This document shows, piece by piece, positions 27,535-39,479 of a stretch of DNA of 64,000 nucleotides. Below the pieces are notes generated by a model that saw only the letters and a list, made by a program, of their open reading frames with translations, made no database searches and was not told where the DNA came from. Position 1 is the stretch's first letter. Every line of letters starts with the position of its first letter. The position numbers were made by a program, and so were the translations under genes. This stretch comes from Mobula hypostoma (Eukaryota), in contig NC_086097.1 in assembly GCF_963921235.1 (NCBI RefSeq), positions 205,222,001 to 205,286,000 of the forward strand. The letters are read 5' to 3'.

Positions 27535-28149
27535 AGAATTGATTAGGGAAGTACAGAGGGATTTAGGTGTTCTAGTGCACAAATCACAAAAAGACACCAA
27601 GCAGGTCCAACAAGTGATTTAGAAGAAATGTTTGCCTTTATTGTGAAGAGGTTTCATTACAGCTGCACAGGGTGTTAGTGAGTCCACCGCTGGAGAACTG
27701 AGCACAGTCTTGGTCCCCTTACTCAAGCACGGGGATATTGGCATTGGAGGCAGTGCAAATGAGATTCACCAGGCTAATCCATGGGATGAGAGGATTGTGG
27801 AGTGAAGAGATAGTAGACAGTTTTGATCTGTGTTCCTTTCAGTTTATAAGAATGAATCTTATTCAAATATGCAAGATGTGAAGGGAACTTGACAGACATT
27901 TTCACTAGTGGGAGAGTCATGAACAAAGGGAAATGGCTGCAAAATAAGGAGATATTTAAAACTGAGGTGTGGAAAAATTTCTTCATTCAGAGGGTAGTGA
28001 ATCTTTGGAATTCACTGCTTCACTGGTAGAGGCAGATCATCAGAAATATTTAAGGTGGATATGGATAAATATTTAAAAGATAGAGGAATTGAAGGTAATG
28101 GGGAACTGATACAGAAGAGGAATGAAGCCAGCATAGATCAGTCATGATC
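27535..28149 (+). mobile_element. Old CR1 3' part; its tail resumes at about 29598-29662 after a nested CR1
   Basis: gtacagagggatttaggtgttctagtgcac and ttcttcattcagagggtagtgaatctttggaattcactg. The 3'UTR is split at gatcagtcatgatc / acattaaat...gcaggcttaagggg. Confidence 0.7.
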
Positions 28150-29597
28150 CACTTTAAGAAGGGAGGAATGCAAAAGAGAAGAAGTTATAGACCAGTTAGC
28201 CTAACCTCAGTGGTTGGGAAAGAGTTGTAATCTATTAAGGATGAAGTTTTAGGGTACTTGGAGACTAATGGTAAAATAAGTCAAAGTCAGCATGATTTCT
28301 GCAAGGGAAATCTTGCTTGACAAATCTGTTAGGGTTGTTCAAGGAAGACAAAGGTAGGGTAAGCAGGGTAGACAAAGGAGAGGCAATGGATGTAATTTAC
28401 TTGGATTTTCAGAAGGCATTTGATAAGGTGCCACGCATGAGGCTGCTTAACAAGATAAAATCCTATGGTGTTACAGGAAAGCTATTGACATGGATAGAGG
28501 AATGGCTGACAGGCAGGAGACAGTGAGTGGGAATAAAAGGGGCTTTTTCAAGTTGACTGCCAGTGACTCGTGGTGTTCCTCAGGGTCAGTATTGGGATCA
28601 CTACTTTTCACATTGTTTTTCAGTGATTTGGATAATGGAATTGATGGCTTTGCGGCAAAGTTTGTGGATGATACAAAGCTAGGTGGAGGGGTAGGTAGTG
28701 CTGAGGAAGCAATGTGATTGCAGCAGGACTTAGACAAGTTTGAAGAATGAGCAAAAAAGCTAGATGAAATACAGTATTGGGAAATGTATAATAATGTATT
28801 TTGGTAAAAGGAGCAATAGTGTGGATTATTATCTAAATAGGGAAAAGGTACAAACATCAAAGGTGCAGAGGGACTTAAGAATTCTTGTGCAAAGCTCCCA
28901 CAAGGTTAATTTACTAACTGAGTCAGTGGTAAAGAAGGCAAATGCAATGTTGGCACTTACTTCAAGGGGAATAAAATATAAAAGCAAGGAGATAATGCTG
29001 AGACTTTGTAGGACTTTAGTGAGGTCACACTTGGAGTATTGTCAACAGTTTTGGGCTCCGTAACTCAGAAAGAATGTGGTGTCATTGGAGAGAGTCCAGA
29101 GCAGTTTCATGAGGATGATTCCAGGAATGAAGGGGTTAACATATGAGGACCATTTAGCATCTTTGGGCCTGAACTCACTGGAATTTAGAAGAATGCGGAG
29201 TATCTCATTGAAACCTAGCAAATGTTGAAAGGACAAGATAGGGTTGATGTGGAGAAGATATTTCCTCTGATGGGAATATCCAGAACTAGAGGGCACAGCC
29301 TCAAAATTGATGGGGCAACCTTTGAGAACAGAGGTAAGGAGGAATGTTTTTAGCCAGAGAGTAGTGAACATATGGAATGCTCTGCTACAAACTATGGTGA
29401 AATTCAAGTCTGTAGGTATATTTAAAGCAGAAGTTGATAGTTTCCTGATCAGTCAGGGCATCAAAGGATATGGTGAGAGGGCTGGTGTATGGGGTTGAAT
29501 GGGATTCAGGATCAGCCATGATGAAATAGTGGAGCAGACTTTGGGCTGAATGGCCTAATTCTGCTCCTATGTCTTAGGGTCTTATGGTCTTATGATT
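28150..29597 (+). mobile_element. 5'-truncated CR1 (RT through tail)
   Basis: YRPVSLTS, IYLDFQKAFDKVP, FVDDTK, HLEYCQQFWAP, FSQRVVNIWN. Tail (ggtcttat)n at 29570-29595. Confidence 0.92.
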
Positions 29598-30466
29598 ACA
29601 TTAAATAAGAAGCAGGCTTAAGGGGCCTGTTGACCTATTTCAGCTCCTATTTTCTTGTCTTCCTGCAGAAATGCTGGGAAATATTTTGTGGGCTGGAGAG
29701 ACTGGATGTTGGGGAGATGATGTTCTACGTGCACTAAAATCAAATGGCACAAATAAACTCATGCACTTAGTACCAGTTGCTGTTATACTTGGGTGAAACC
29801 AAGATATTGATTGAGAGGTTGGAGATTCTTTGGTCTGATAGTACCCAATTCATTGTAGGGAATCCAAGGCATCAATCTCTTCCTGGTTGGTTTCTTCTGT
29901 GATGTTTCAATAACTGGTACCCTAGAAACTTCTGAATCTGGATCTTAGACTTTGTGCCACATTTTTTTTGCTTAAAGCATGAAGTACTTAAATGAAGTTG
30001 AAATATTATATATATATATAAATAAACTTGTAATGATTTCTGCCATTCCTTTACTTGAGAATCCAGATTAATTTTCTTCTCCATATAATTAAGGGCCATT
30101 GAATTTTATTTTTGCAATTTTCTTCAGTTTTCCGCAACCATTGAAAAGCCCATAAAAATGACAAATATCGCATTCTCAAGGGAACATAAATGACTAAAGT
30201 TATTAAACAGGCGATAGGTCCAGGATACCCTGTTCTGTGGTGAAGGGAGTTTGGAGAGATTCAAATAGAAGTGTTTTGCTTGGGCTGAAAAATTGGCCCT
30301 GTGACACTGACCCGACTCCCCACAGGAGGCACAGAGCAGAGCTGAAGAAAACAATGATTAAATGATGCAAACACAAGGAATTCTGCAGATGCTGGAAATT
30401 CAAGCAACACACATCAAAGTTGCTGGTGTACACAGCAGGCCAGGCAGCATCTCTAGGAAGAGGTAC

Positions 30467-30502
30467 AGTCAACGTTTCAGGCCGAGACCTTTCATCAGGA
30501 CT
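30467..30502 (-). ncRNA. Minimal type I hammerhead ribozyme motif
   Basis: Minus strand reads agtc CTGATGA a aggtc tc ggcct GAAA cgtt gact. This gives stem I agtc/gact, stem II aggtc/ggcct, a conserved core and a GUU cleavage triplet. Confidence 0.7.
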
Positions 30503-30973
30503 AACTGAAGGAAGAGCTAGTGAGAGATTTGAAAGTGGGAGGGGGAGGGGGATCCAAAATGATAGGAGAAGGCAGGAGGGGGAGGGATGGAGCCAAGAGG
30601 TGGACAGGTGATCGGCAAAAGGGATATAAGAGGATCATGGGACAGGAGGCCCAGGGAGAAGGAAAAGGGGGAGGGGGGGAAAACCCAGAGGATGGGCAAG
30701 GGGTATAGTCAGGGGTATATTCACACATTCTTTCTCTCTCTCTCCTTTATCTCCCTCTGTCCCTCTGACTATACCCCTTGCCCATCCTCTGGGTTCCCCC
30801 CCCACCCTTTTCCTTCTCCCTGGGCCTCCTGTCCCATGATCCTCTCATATCCCTTTTGCCGATCACCTGTCCAGCTCTTGGCTCCATCCCTCCCCCTCCT
30901 ATCTTCTCCTATCATTTTGGATCTCCCTCTCCCCCTCCCACTTTCAAATCTCTCACTAGCTCTTCCTTCAGTT

Positions 30974-31009
30974 AGTCCTGATGAAGGGTCTCAGCCCGAA
31001 ACATCCACT
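30974..31009 (+). ncRNA. Partly degenerate hammerhead ribozyme motif
   Basis: agtc CTGATGA a gggtc tc agccc GAAA catc cact. The core is kept, but there is a stem I mismatch and the ACGT palindrome is lost. Confidence 0.5.
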
Positions 31010-31347
31010 GTACCTCTTCCTAATGATTAAATGAAACTTGTTAAGTGATGTGTTACGATTTTCACATCCTGCATATCACAGTATAATTTGCAAGTCTGAG
31101 GTTTTGTCATTGAATAAGAGCATATTAGTAGTATAAAGAAGCCAGGAAAGAAATAAGGGGAATTAGGAAAGCCAGGAGAAGCCATGAAAAGTCTTTGGCA
31201 AGTCAGATTACGGCGAATCCCAATGGATTCTATACATCCATCAAGAGCAAGAGGATAACTAGGGAGAGGGTAGGACCACTCGAGGAGAAAGGGGGGAGCA
31301 TTTGCTTGGATGTGGAGAATGTGAGTGAGGTACTTAATGAGTACTTT

Positions 31348-31703
31348 AAGACTATAAGACCAAAAGAAATAGGAGCAGAATTAGGACATTCAGCCCATCG
31401 GGTCTGCTCCACCTGTCCATCATGGCTGATCTGGAATCCCCACTCAACCCCATACACCTGCCTCTCGCCATATCCTTTAATGCCCTGACCGATCATGAAA
31501 CTATCAACTTCCACCTTAAATATACCTATGGACTTGGCCTCCACAGCAGTCTGTGGCAGAGCATTCCACAGATACACTAGTCTCTGGCTAGAAAAAAATT
31601 CCTCTTTACCTCTGTTCTAAAAGGTCACCCCTCAAATTTGAGGCCGTGCCCTCTATTTCTGGATACACCCCAGCCCCCACCATAGGAAACATCCTTTCCA
31701 TAT
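31348..31703 (-). mobile_element. Short CR1 3' end nested in a CR1
   Basis: LWNALPQTAVEAKSIGIFK (ORF 31230..31577) and the tail gactataagacc. Same family as 462-790. Confidence 0.85.
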
Positions 31704-32085
31704 TAAGATTTAAGGTGGATTATTAAGGTGCGAAGTCTCCAGGGCCTGATGGGATTTACCCCAGGTTTTTGAAGGAGGCAAGACATGAGATTGCTGGGGC
31801 CTTGACCAATATCTTTGTGTCCTCTCTAGCCACAGGTGGGGTCCCAGAGGACTGGTGAGTGGCTAATGTTTTGCCTCTATTTAAGAAGGGAACAAGGGAA
31901 ATCTTGGCAATTGTAGACCAGTGAGTTTCAGGTCGGTTCTTTATCAGTTGTAAGGAATTTGCTAGAGAAAGTTCTTAGGTATTAGAAGAATGAGCATTTG
32001 GAAACCCATGGCCTAATTAGGGAGAACCAGCATGGTGTTGTGCATGGCAGGTCATACCTTAACGACTTGATTGAGTTTTTTGACA

Positions 32086-32428
32086 CCTTCTTGTTTTTTT
32101 TTACTGTTTTTAATGGAGGTCGGGATTGAGGACGTGATTTTAAGTTTTTTAACTCTGCTTGATTCCAAGTTAGCCCATTGCTTTGCTTTGCTTTTAGTTA
32201 GTTGCACGGTGGTTTTTTTTGGGTTTTTTTTCCTTTTCTCTATTGATATATATATAAAATTAGTATACTATTATGTTACCTTAGTATGTTATGTTTAAAT
32301 TACATTGTTTGTATCATTTTTTTTGTATTAATATCTCCTGTAATTTTATTATATTCTAACAGTGTATTAGTGCCTATATGGCTTACCTTTTTGTATACTT
32401 ATTCAATAAAAAGATTTAAAAAGAAAAA
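32086..32428 (+). mobile_element. Polyadenylated retro-insert (probable L1 3'UTR) with a 13-bp TSD
   Basis: TSD gagttttttgaca at 32073-32085 and 32429-32441. T-rich body, AATAAA at 32405-32410, then an A-rich tail. Confidence 0.8.
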
Positions 32429-32707
32429 GAGTTTTTTGACAAGGTGGCAAGAGAAATTGATGAGGGTAGGGCAATGGATGTTGTCTACATGGATTTTTGA
32501 AAGACATTTGATAAATTCCCTCATGAGATATTAATCCAGAAGAATAAAATGCATGGGGCCTGCGTTGAATTGGCTGTTTGGATTCAGAACTGGCGTGTGC
32601 ATGGAAGACAAGTAGTGGTTAAAAGGATTTATTTGAGCTGGAGGTTTGTAATTAGTAAAGTTCAGAAGGAATCTATGCAGGGACCTCTCCTGTTTGTGAT
32701 GTATATA

Positions 32708-33943
32708 GACCACAAGACCATAAGATATAGGAGCAGAAGTAGGCCATTCGGCCCATCAAGTCTGCTCTGCCATTCCATCATGGGCTGACCCAATTCTTCC
32801 AGTCATCCCCACTCCCCTGCTTTCACCCCATACCCTTTGATGTTCTGGCTAATCAGGAACCTATCTATCTCGGCCTTAAATACACCCAATGACTTGCTTC
32901 CACAGCTGCTCGTGGCAACAAATTCCAGAGATTTACCACCCTCTGACTAAAGTAATTTCTCTGTATTTCAGTTCTAAAAGGACGTCCTTCAATCCTGAAG
33001 TCGTGCCCTCTTGTCCTAGAATCCCGTACCATGGGAAATAACTTTGCCATATCTAATCTGTTCAGGCCTTTTAGCATTCTGAATATTTCTATGAGATCCC
33101 CCCTCATTCTCCTGAACTCCAGGGATTATAGTCCAAGAGCTGTCAGACGTTCCCCATATAGTAGCCCTTTCACTCCTGTAATCATTCTTGTAAATCTTCT
33201 CTGAACCCTCTCCAATGTCAGTATATCTTTTCTAAAATAAGGAGCCCAATCTGCACACAATGCTCCAAGTGTGGTCTCACGAGTGCCTTATACAGCCTCA
33301 ACATCACATCCCTGCTCTTATATTCTATACCTCTAGAAATGAATGGCAACATTGCATTCACTTTCTTCAACACTGACTCAACCTGGAGGTTAACCTTTAG
33401 GGTATCCTGCACAAGGACTCCCAAGTCCCTTTGCATCTCTGCATTTTGAATTTTCTCCCCATCTAAATAGTAGTCTGCCCATTTACTTCTTCCACCAAAA
33501 CACATGACCATACACTTCCAACATTGTATTTCATTTGCCACTTCTTTGCCCATTCCCTTAAACTATCTAATTCTCTCTGCAGGCGCTCTGTTTCCTCAAT
33601 GCTACCCACTCCTCCACCTATCTTTGTATCATCGGCAAATTTACCCACAAATCCATTAATCTCATAGTCCAACTCATTGACATACGTTGTAAAAAGCAAC
33701 GGTCCCAACAACTGGAATTTCACTGGTAACTGGCAGCTAGACAGTTTCTTCCCACTCTCTGTTTTCTGCCGACCAGCCAATGCTCCACCCATGCTAGTAA
33801 CTTCCCTGTAATTCTATGGGCTCTTATCTTGCTAAGCAGCCTCATGTGCAGCACCTTGCCAAAGGCCTTCAGAAAATCCAAGTACACCACATCTACTGCA
33901 TCTCCTTTGTCTACCCTGCTTGTAATTTCCTCAAAGAATTGCA
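32708..33943 (-). mobile_element. 5'-truncated CR1 with a 7-bp TSD
   Basis: TSD gtatata at 32701-32707 and 33944-33950. FADDTKIGG, LVRPHLEHCVQ, FSQRVVNLWN; tail gaccacaagaccataag. Confidence 0.92.
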
Positions 33944-35732
33944 GTATATAAATGACCTGGATGAAAATGTAGATGGCTGTGTTATTATATTTGCAAAAGA
34001 TATCGAGATTGGTGGATTTGTGGATACTTTAGAAGACTGGCAAAGAATATAGCATAATATAGAACAGGTGCAGATATGGGCTGAGATATGGCAGATGGAG
34101 TTTAACCCAGATAAATGTGAAGTGTTGCGGCTCGGTAGGGCAAATGCAAGGAGACAGTACACTGTTAAGTACAAGTCCTTAAGTGTTGCTGAGCAGAGAG
34201 ATCTTGGGATCGAAGTTCATAGCTCCTTGAAAGCGGCTACACAGGTTGTTAGGTGGTTAAGAAGGCCTATGCAATGCTTGCTTTTTTAAAATCAAGGCAC
34301 TGAGTTCTAAAGTCAGGAGATTTTGTTGCAACTTTATAAAACTCGGGTTAGGCCACATCTGGAGTACTGAGTACAGTGCTGGTTGCCCCACTATAGGAAG
34401 GATGTTGAGGCCTTGGAGAGGGTAAAGAAGAGGTTCACCAGGATGCTGCCTGGTTTATAGGGTTTATACTTTCACAAGACGCTGGATAAACTTGGGTTGC
34501 TTTCTCTGGAGTACCGGAGGCTGAGGGGAGACCTGACAGAGATTTACAAGATTATGAGATACATAGATTGGGCAGCGAATTTCTAGTTCCCAGGGTTGAA
34601 ATGTCTAATATTATAGGTCATGCATTGAAGATGAGAGGAGGTAGAACTACTAGTGAGATCTATACAAATGGCATACTAACTTGAGTTGAAAATGCATACT
34701 GTTCCTTTCTTGTCACTTAGTCTAAACCACACTCAACAGAACTGTGGGGGCCAGAAAGTCTAAAGAAGAAGTATACATCATCTGCCCTTACATGCTTCAT
34801 CCTTCACAGGGGTAGCTGGTCCAGAGACATACAATCCATTGTGTCCTTTGACAGTGAACTGACAACCTCGCCTTCAATCAAGAAGTAAATTCCTTGGTAT
34901 GTCATCCAACCTAACCATTATTCAGGGAAGGAAATATAATAGTAATTTCAAGTTTGGGGCCATATGTCCACAGGGGAAATAAACAATGATCAATAACGAA
35001 GAAACTTGTACTATGGTACCATAACTTCATGTGATAATGCTTTACCTTCTGATAATCATTGTTCAATGCAAGTGGAGAGAAATCAAGCAGAAAGGTTGTC
35101 TTCCACATCCATCAAAAAACAATAATCTCTCCCCAAAATAATATGCTGTTTTTTTTTTCTCTCACCCACATCCATCCACAGTGAACTAGCTCACTAAAAA
35201 CAAGAAAAAAAACAAGAAAAAAAAAACAAGATTTAACTGCATGGACTACAGATACCTGTGAGTTCATCTTTTCCCTTAAATCTAGTAGATTCTGGTTGAT
35301 GATATCCTGACCAAGCTTAATGATCACTCATCTGAAGTGGCAACATTGAAGATCAACCCTAACAATCTAAACAGGTGCAATGGTTATGCAGACTTCTTTG
35401 GTTCGGGGTTATGGTGATGAGCTATACCTTATATGGCTGATAGTATCACTGCAGAGCTTTTAAGTAGTCTGGAATTGATTTAGCCACAGTGAAAAGAGGC
35501 ACTATTTTAGACAGAGCAACAAATAGGAGCATCATTTATTGATTATTCATTATGAGTAGGCCATCTGGTCTATCAAGCCTGCTGATCTGGCCATGGACTC
35601 ATCTCCACCTACCTGCCTTTTCCCCATAGCCCTTAATTCCCCTACTATGCAAAATTTCCCGTACTATGATGAACACTCAACAATTCAGCAGGGTATGTAT
35701 CTTCTGTGATAAAGGGCATCTCTTAGTTCATG

Positions 35733-35910
35733 AACACAAGAGATTCTGCAGATGCTGAAAATCTTGTGCAAACTCACAAATGCTGAAGGAGCTCAGCAAA
35801 TTAGGCAGCGTCTATGGAGGGAAATAACCAGTCAACGCTTCCTCACTTTTGACTGTTTATTCCCTTTCATAGATTCTACCAGATTTGCTAAGTTCCTCTA
35901 GCATCCTGTA
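35733..35910. repeat. Old PLE-terminus-derived fold-back element
   Basis: aacacaagagattctgcagatgctg...tctatggagggaaataaccagtcaa pairs imperfectly with ttgactgtttattccctttcataga. Homologous to 30369-30470. Confidence 0.65.
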
Positions 35911-36087
35911 TCTTTTATTTTATGCTATGTTTCACTCTCATCCGTATTACATTTTCATCCCTTATAGCATTATAGCCCCTACTGAATACCCAGAAAAAAT
36001 GCCTATGATAAATATATTGATCAGAGCCTTGTGACAAAAACGATGAAGCAAAACATTTCCCTAAAGTAACAAAGAGACAACACAAAT

Positions 36088-36225
36088 ACTTGACTTGAAG
36101 ATGAGCTTCAGCACGAAACGTTGACTGTTTATTCTTTTCCATAGACACTGTCTGACCTGCTGAGTTCCTCTAGCATTGTGTGTGTGTTGCTTTGGAATTC
36201 CAGCATCTGCAGACTTTCTCATGTC
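36088..36225 (+). repeat. PLE-terminus remnant with a decayed hammerhead motif
   Basis: ttgaagatgagcttcagcacGAAACGTtgactg, followed by ttccagcatctgcagactttctcatgt. Confidence 0.65.
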
Positions 36226-38097
36226 TACAACATATTTGTTTTTTTTATAGTTGCTGGATAGACTAAAGGACCAAGACTTTTTATTGCACAGCAAGTTCTT
36301 ATTGTGTTACCTGTTTGGTTTGAGGCTAGAAACAATCCATTATGAAATGTAGATATCTTATTCATGCCATCACCACAAAGCCTCATTGTGATTTATTTGC
36401 ATGATGTACATGGTGACAGTGATGTTAATAGGCTTGAAAACCAAATTTGATATCATTGTTATGTGTCTGAAAAGTGTGCACATGCTGAAGAAACTGAGAG
36501 GGGTTCAGATGGAAACATAGGAAGAAGGCAACCTCACTGAGGTTACATTAAAGGAGCAGTCCTCATCAGAACTATTGCTGGGGAACCCGCCATTGAAGAT
36601 AATCATGGAATGTACAGGGCGTATTGGGATGTTCAAGGTAAGACCTTCTTCATATTTCGAAATGATTATGTGTGACCAAGAATCAGGACCAGTATTAATA
36701 TTATTTCTGGTGTCGTGATGTCCATTCTTGCGTGGAAGACTCACGGAACCTACTCCTTATTCTGATATACTGTTTTGATCTTTTTGTTTCTTCAAGTCTC
36801 ATTGAGAATCATTGTATTAAGAGCTCCCACTGTGTAGAAGATTGTATTTGTAACTATATGTTCAAAACATGATTTTTAATGTCAGTTAGTCCCCATTCTT
36901 ATATGAAAAAGCATTTTCGTTTCAATTTCCTTGCAAGATGCAGTTGCTCACAAATGTAAAACTTTGCCTTTATATTGCCTCTATAATTTAAACTAACTCA
37001 GAATTTGATGTGACCTGACTACCACATTCTGGTTTCCTATCGGGATTTAATCCCATTAGATTTAGTGGGCTAATATAGTTTACTATGACGTCAAATTACA
37101 GAATCGATTTCCAAATGTAATTAAATCCAGGGTTAATATAGCAACCGTAAAAGAAAACAAAATTGGTTTCCAAATGTTGTAATTTTTAAATTATATGAAA
37201 TAAATGCATTTATTGCTCACTTACTGCAAGGCTGAAGAGATTGGCTCCCACATCAGGAGATAAAAATATTGTAGGCTAATTATTCTAATACTGTGCAGGA
37301 TAGATTAGAGAGACACCTGGCTCATCATTCGATATAAAGAATTAATGCATAAAAAAGGAGTACAGTAATATTAAAAACAACAATATTATACCAATTTATA
37401 AAAGATTTTCTTTACTACTTCCAAAGCTTATATTCCTCCCACACATTTCATTGGTAAACTAACAGCAGCAATATACATGACAAAGTAGCAGGGCATTTAT
37501 GCTATCACCTTTTGAATTAGCAAAGGTCCCATCTGAATTTCAGCTTTTTAGGTGTACTGGTGGCGGTGGCATCCGTTAGTCTCGCGAGACCATGGATCTA
37601 CGCCTGGAAGGTCTGGCTTCAGTCTGTGTTAGAACAGCATCTGTTGTGGCTGTAGAGGCCCACATGGGAGTAACCATCTCGGCTGCATCAACTGCACTCG
37701 AAGGCGCTATCCTCCGGTGTTATCTTGGTGCTGCTTTTAAGTGTACTTGTTCATTATTAATACTCTGCAAATGAAGTAGTCTTCATTACCCTTGCACTTT
37801 GTGTCTCTAATCTCTCTATTTTGATCTGCCCTTGCAAGGAATCACAAAGTGGGCAGATGAAAAGTTTCAAGATATGCTCAAAGTCTTCCTGAAAAAAATG
37901 CAACGTCCTTGCTGACTCCCCGATCCACCACCTCTCAAGGAAAACAAGTAGTATCGCAATGGTATTGAGAATCTAGAATCAGTACTCTGGGAGCATACTG
38001 AAGCTCTTCATAAATGGCAGAAGCATACCATCTTATTAACTACACCCAGTCAGACACCTAGTATCCATTCTGTGGTAGAGTCTAAGGTTCCCATTCG

Positions 38098-38880
38098 GAA
38101 TCAGAATCTGATTTACTATCACTGACATAAGTCCCGAAAGTTTTTGGTTTGTGGCTTCAGTAGAGTACAAAGATATACATGAAAAAAGGTTACAATAAGT
38201 TACAAAAACAAATAAATAGTACAAGATACAAACAATGAAGTAATATTTAGGGTTCATGGAACATTCAGAAATCTGATGGTGAAGGAGAAGCTGTTCTTAA
38301 AATGTTGAGTATGGGTCTTCAGTCTCCTGTATCTCCTCCCCAATAGTAGCAATGGGAAGAAGGCAAGTCTTGGATGGAGAGGGTCCTTTGTGATGGGTGC
38401 TGCCTTCCTTGAGGCACCTCAATGGTGGGTAATGTTGCACCTGCGAAAGACCTGGCATAGTATTCAACCTCTGCAGCCTGTTATGTTCTTGTGCATTGGG
38501 ACCTACTTACCGGTCTGTGATGCAATCAATGTATGATGCAATCCATCATACATCTGTAGAGATCTTCAAGAGTTTCTGGTGGTGTACCAAATCTTGTCAA
38601 ACTCCTAGTGAAGTAGAGTCACTGATGTGTCTTCTTCTTGATTGCATTGATGTATTGGGCCCAAGGTAGATTCTTTGAGATATTGATGCCCAGGGAAATG
38701 AACTGCTCACGCTTTCTACTGCTGACCCCTCAAAAAAAGTCTGGTTAATGTTTCCCTGCCTTCCCCTTCCTGAAGTCCACAATCGATACCTTGGTCTCGC
38801 TAATATTGTGTGCTAAGTTTCGGTTGCAACACGACTTAACCAGCCAATTTACCTCAGTCCTATAGACCTCACTGTCACTA
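38098..38880 (-). mobile_element. Degraded Rex1/Babar 3' part
   Basis: Tail (aatcag)n on + at about 38098. Antisense homology to the Rex1 C-terminus (ccctttgtgatgggtgctgccttcc, tgaagtccacaatc). Confidence 0.7.
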
Positions 38881-39479
38881 TGACTTTGCCTCAAAACTAG
38901 AGTGGAAACAAGCCATCCTCAAAATGTAAACAATATCTTTAAAAAAAGAAAAACTTCTAGTTCCTGCTCAGATGAGTAATATTTGAGTTTGTCAAAGAAT
39001 GAAATTAAATGTCTACATCATTTCTATTTGAAAAGAATGAATGGGTAGAAGTGTAAGCACTCTGTATGGCCTTATCTACACAGTTAGCTGCAAATAATTT
39101 TTTTTTGACGTGAAGTTGTTGTGATGCTGGTGTTTAAGAATATAGTTCATTGATTATATCTCAAAAGATATTTGTCATATCTGATCACTATCAGTTCTTT
39201 TTATTCTTAATTTAACAGAATGGGATCATGGCTCAGAAGAAATAGTATTTCTAAAGAAATGGAATCAGGTTTGATGGAGCTAAGAAACAAGGGGTGAAAA
39301 ACTGGTGAGAGTTGTTTATAGGTCCCTAAGCTGCAATAGAATGCAGTATATATGTTTTTCTAACAGGACTAATGAATTAATTAAAGGTGATGTTAACTTA
39401 TATATTGCACATCAAATTTGTAATGGAGGATGAACTCATGGAGGTTCTCAATTGTTGAGAAAGTAACAAGAAAACTGAT

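Larger units (their letters stand above)
30366..31021. mobile_element. Penelope-like (PLE) terminal-repeat fold-back element with a 13-bp TSD
   Basis: TSD aatgattaaatga at 30353-30365 and 31022-31034. Inverted arms at about 30455-30712 and 30765-31021. The sequence is homologous to the 3' end of the GIY-YIG remnant at 62040-62460. Confidence 0.85.
31135..34645 (+). mobile_element. CR1 ORF2 remnant hosting three nested insertions
   Basis: FYTSIKSKRITRERVGPL (31195..), gaagtctccagggcctgatggg, QMEFNPDKCEV (34068..) and ccccactataggaaggatgttgagg. These stay colinear across the inserts. Confidence 0.85.

Noticed and set aside
30420..31030. Pro/Gly-rich ORFs on both strands
   Set aside because: They are by-products of the purine/pyrimidine-biased inverted repeat.
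36480..36745. Coding exon ending at the AAG|gtaaga donor (about 36638), or the minus-strand 79-aa ORF
   Set aside because: There is no good acceptor, there are in-frame stops upstream, and no product is recognisable in any frame.
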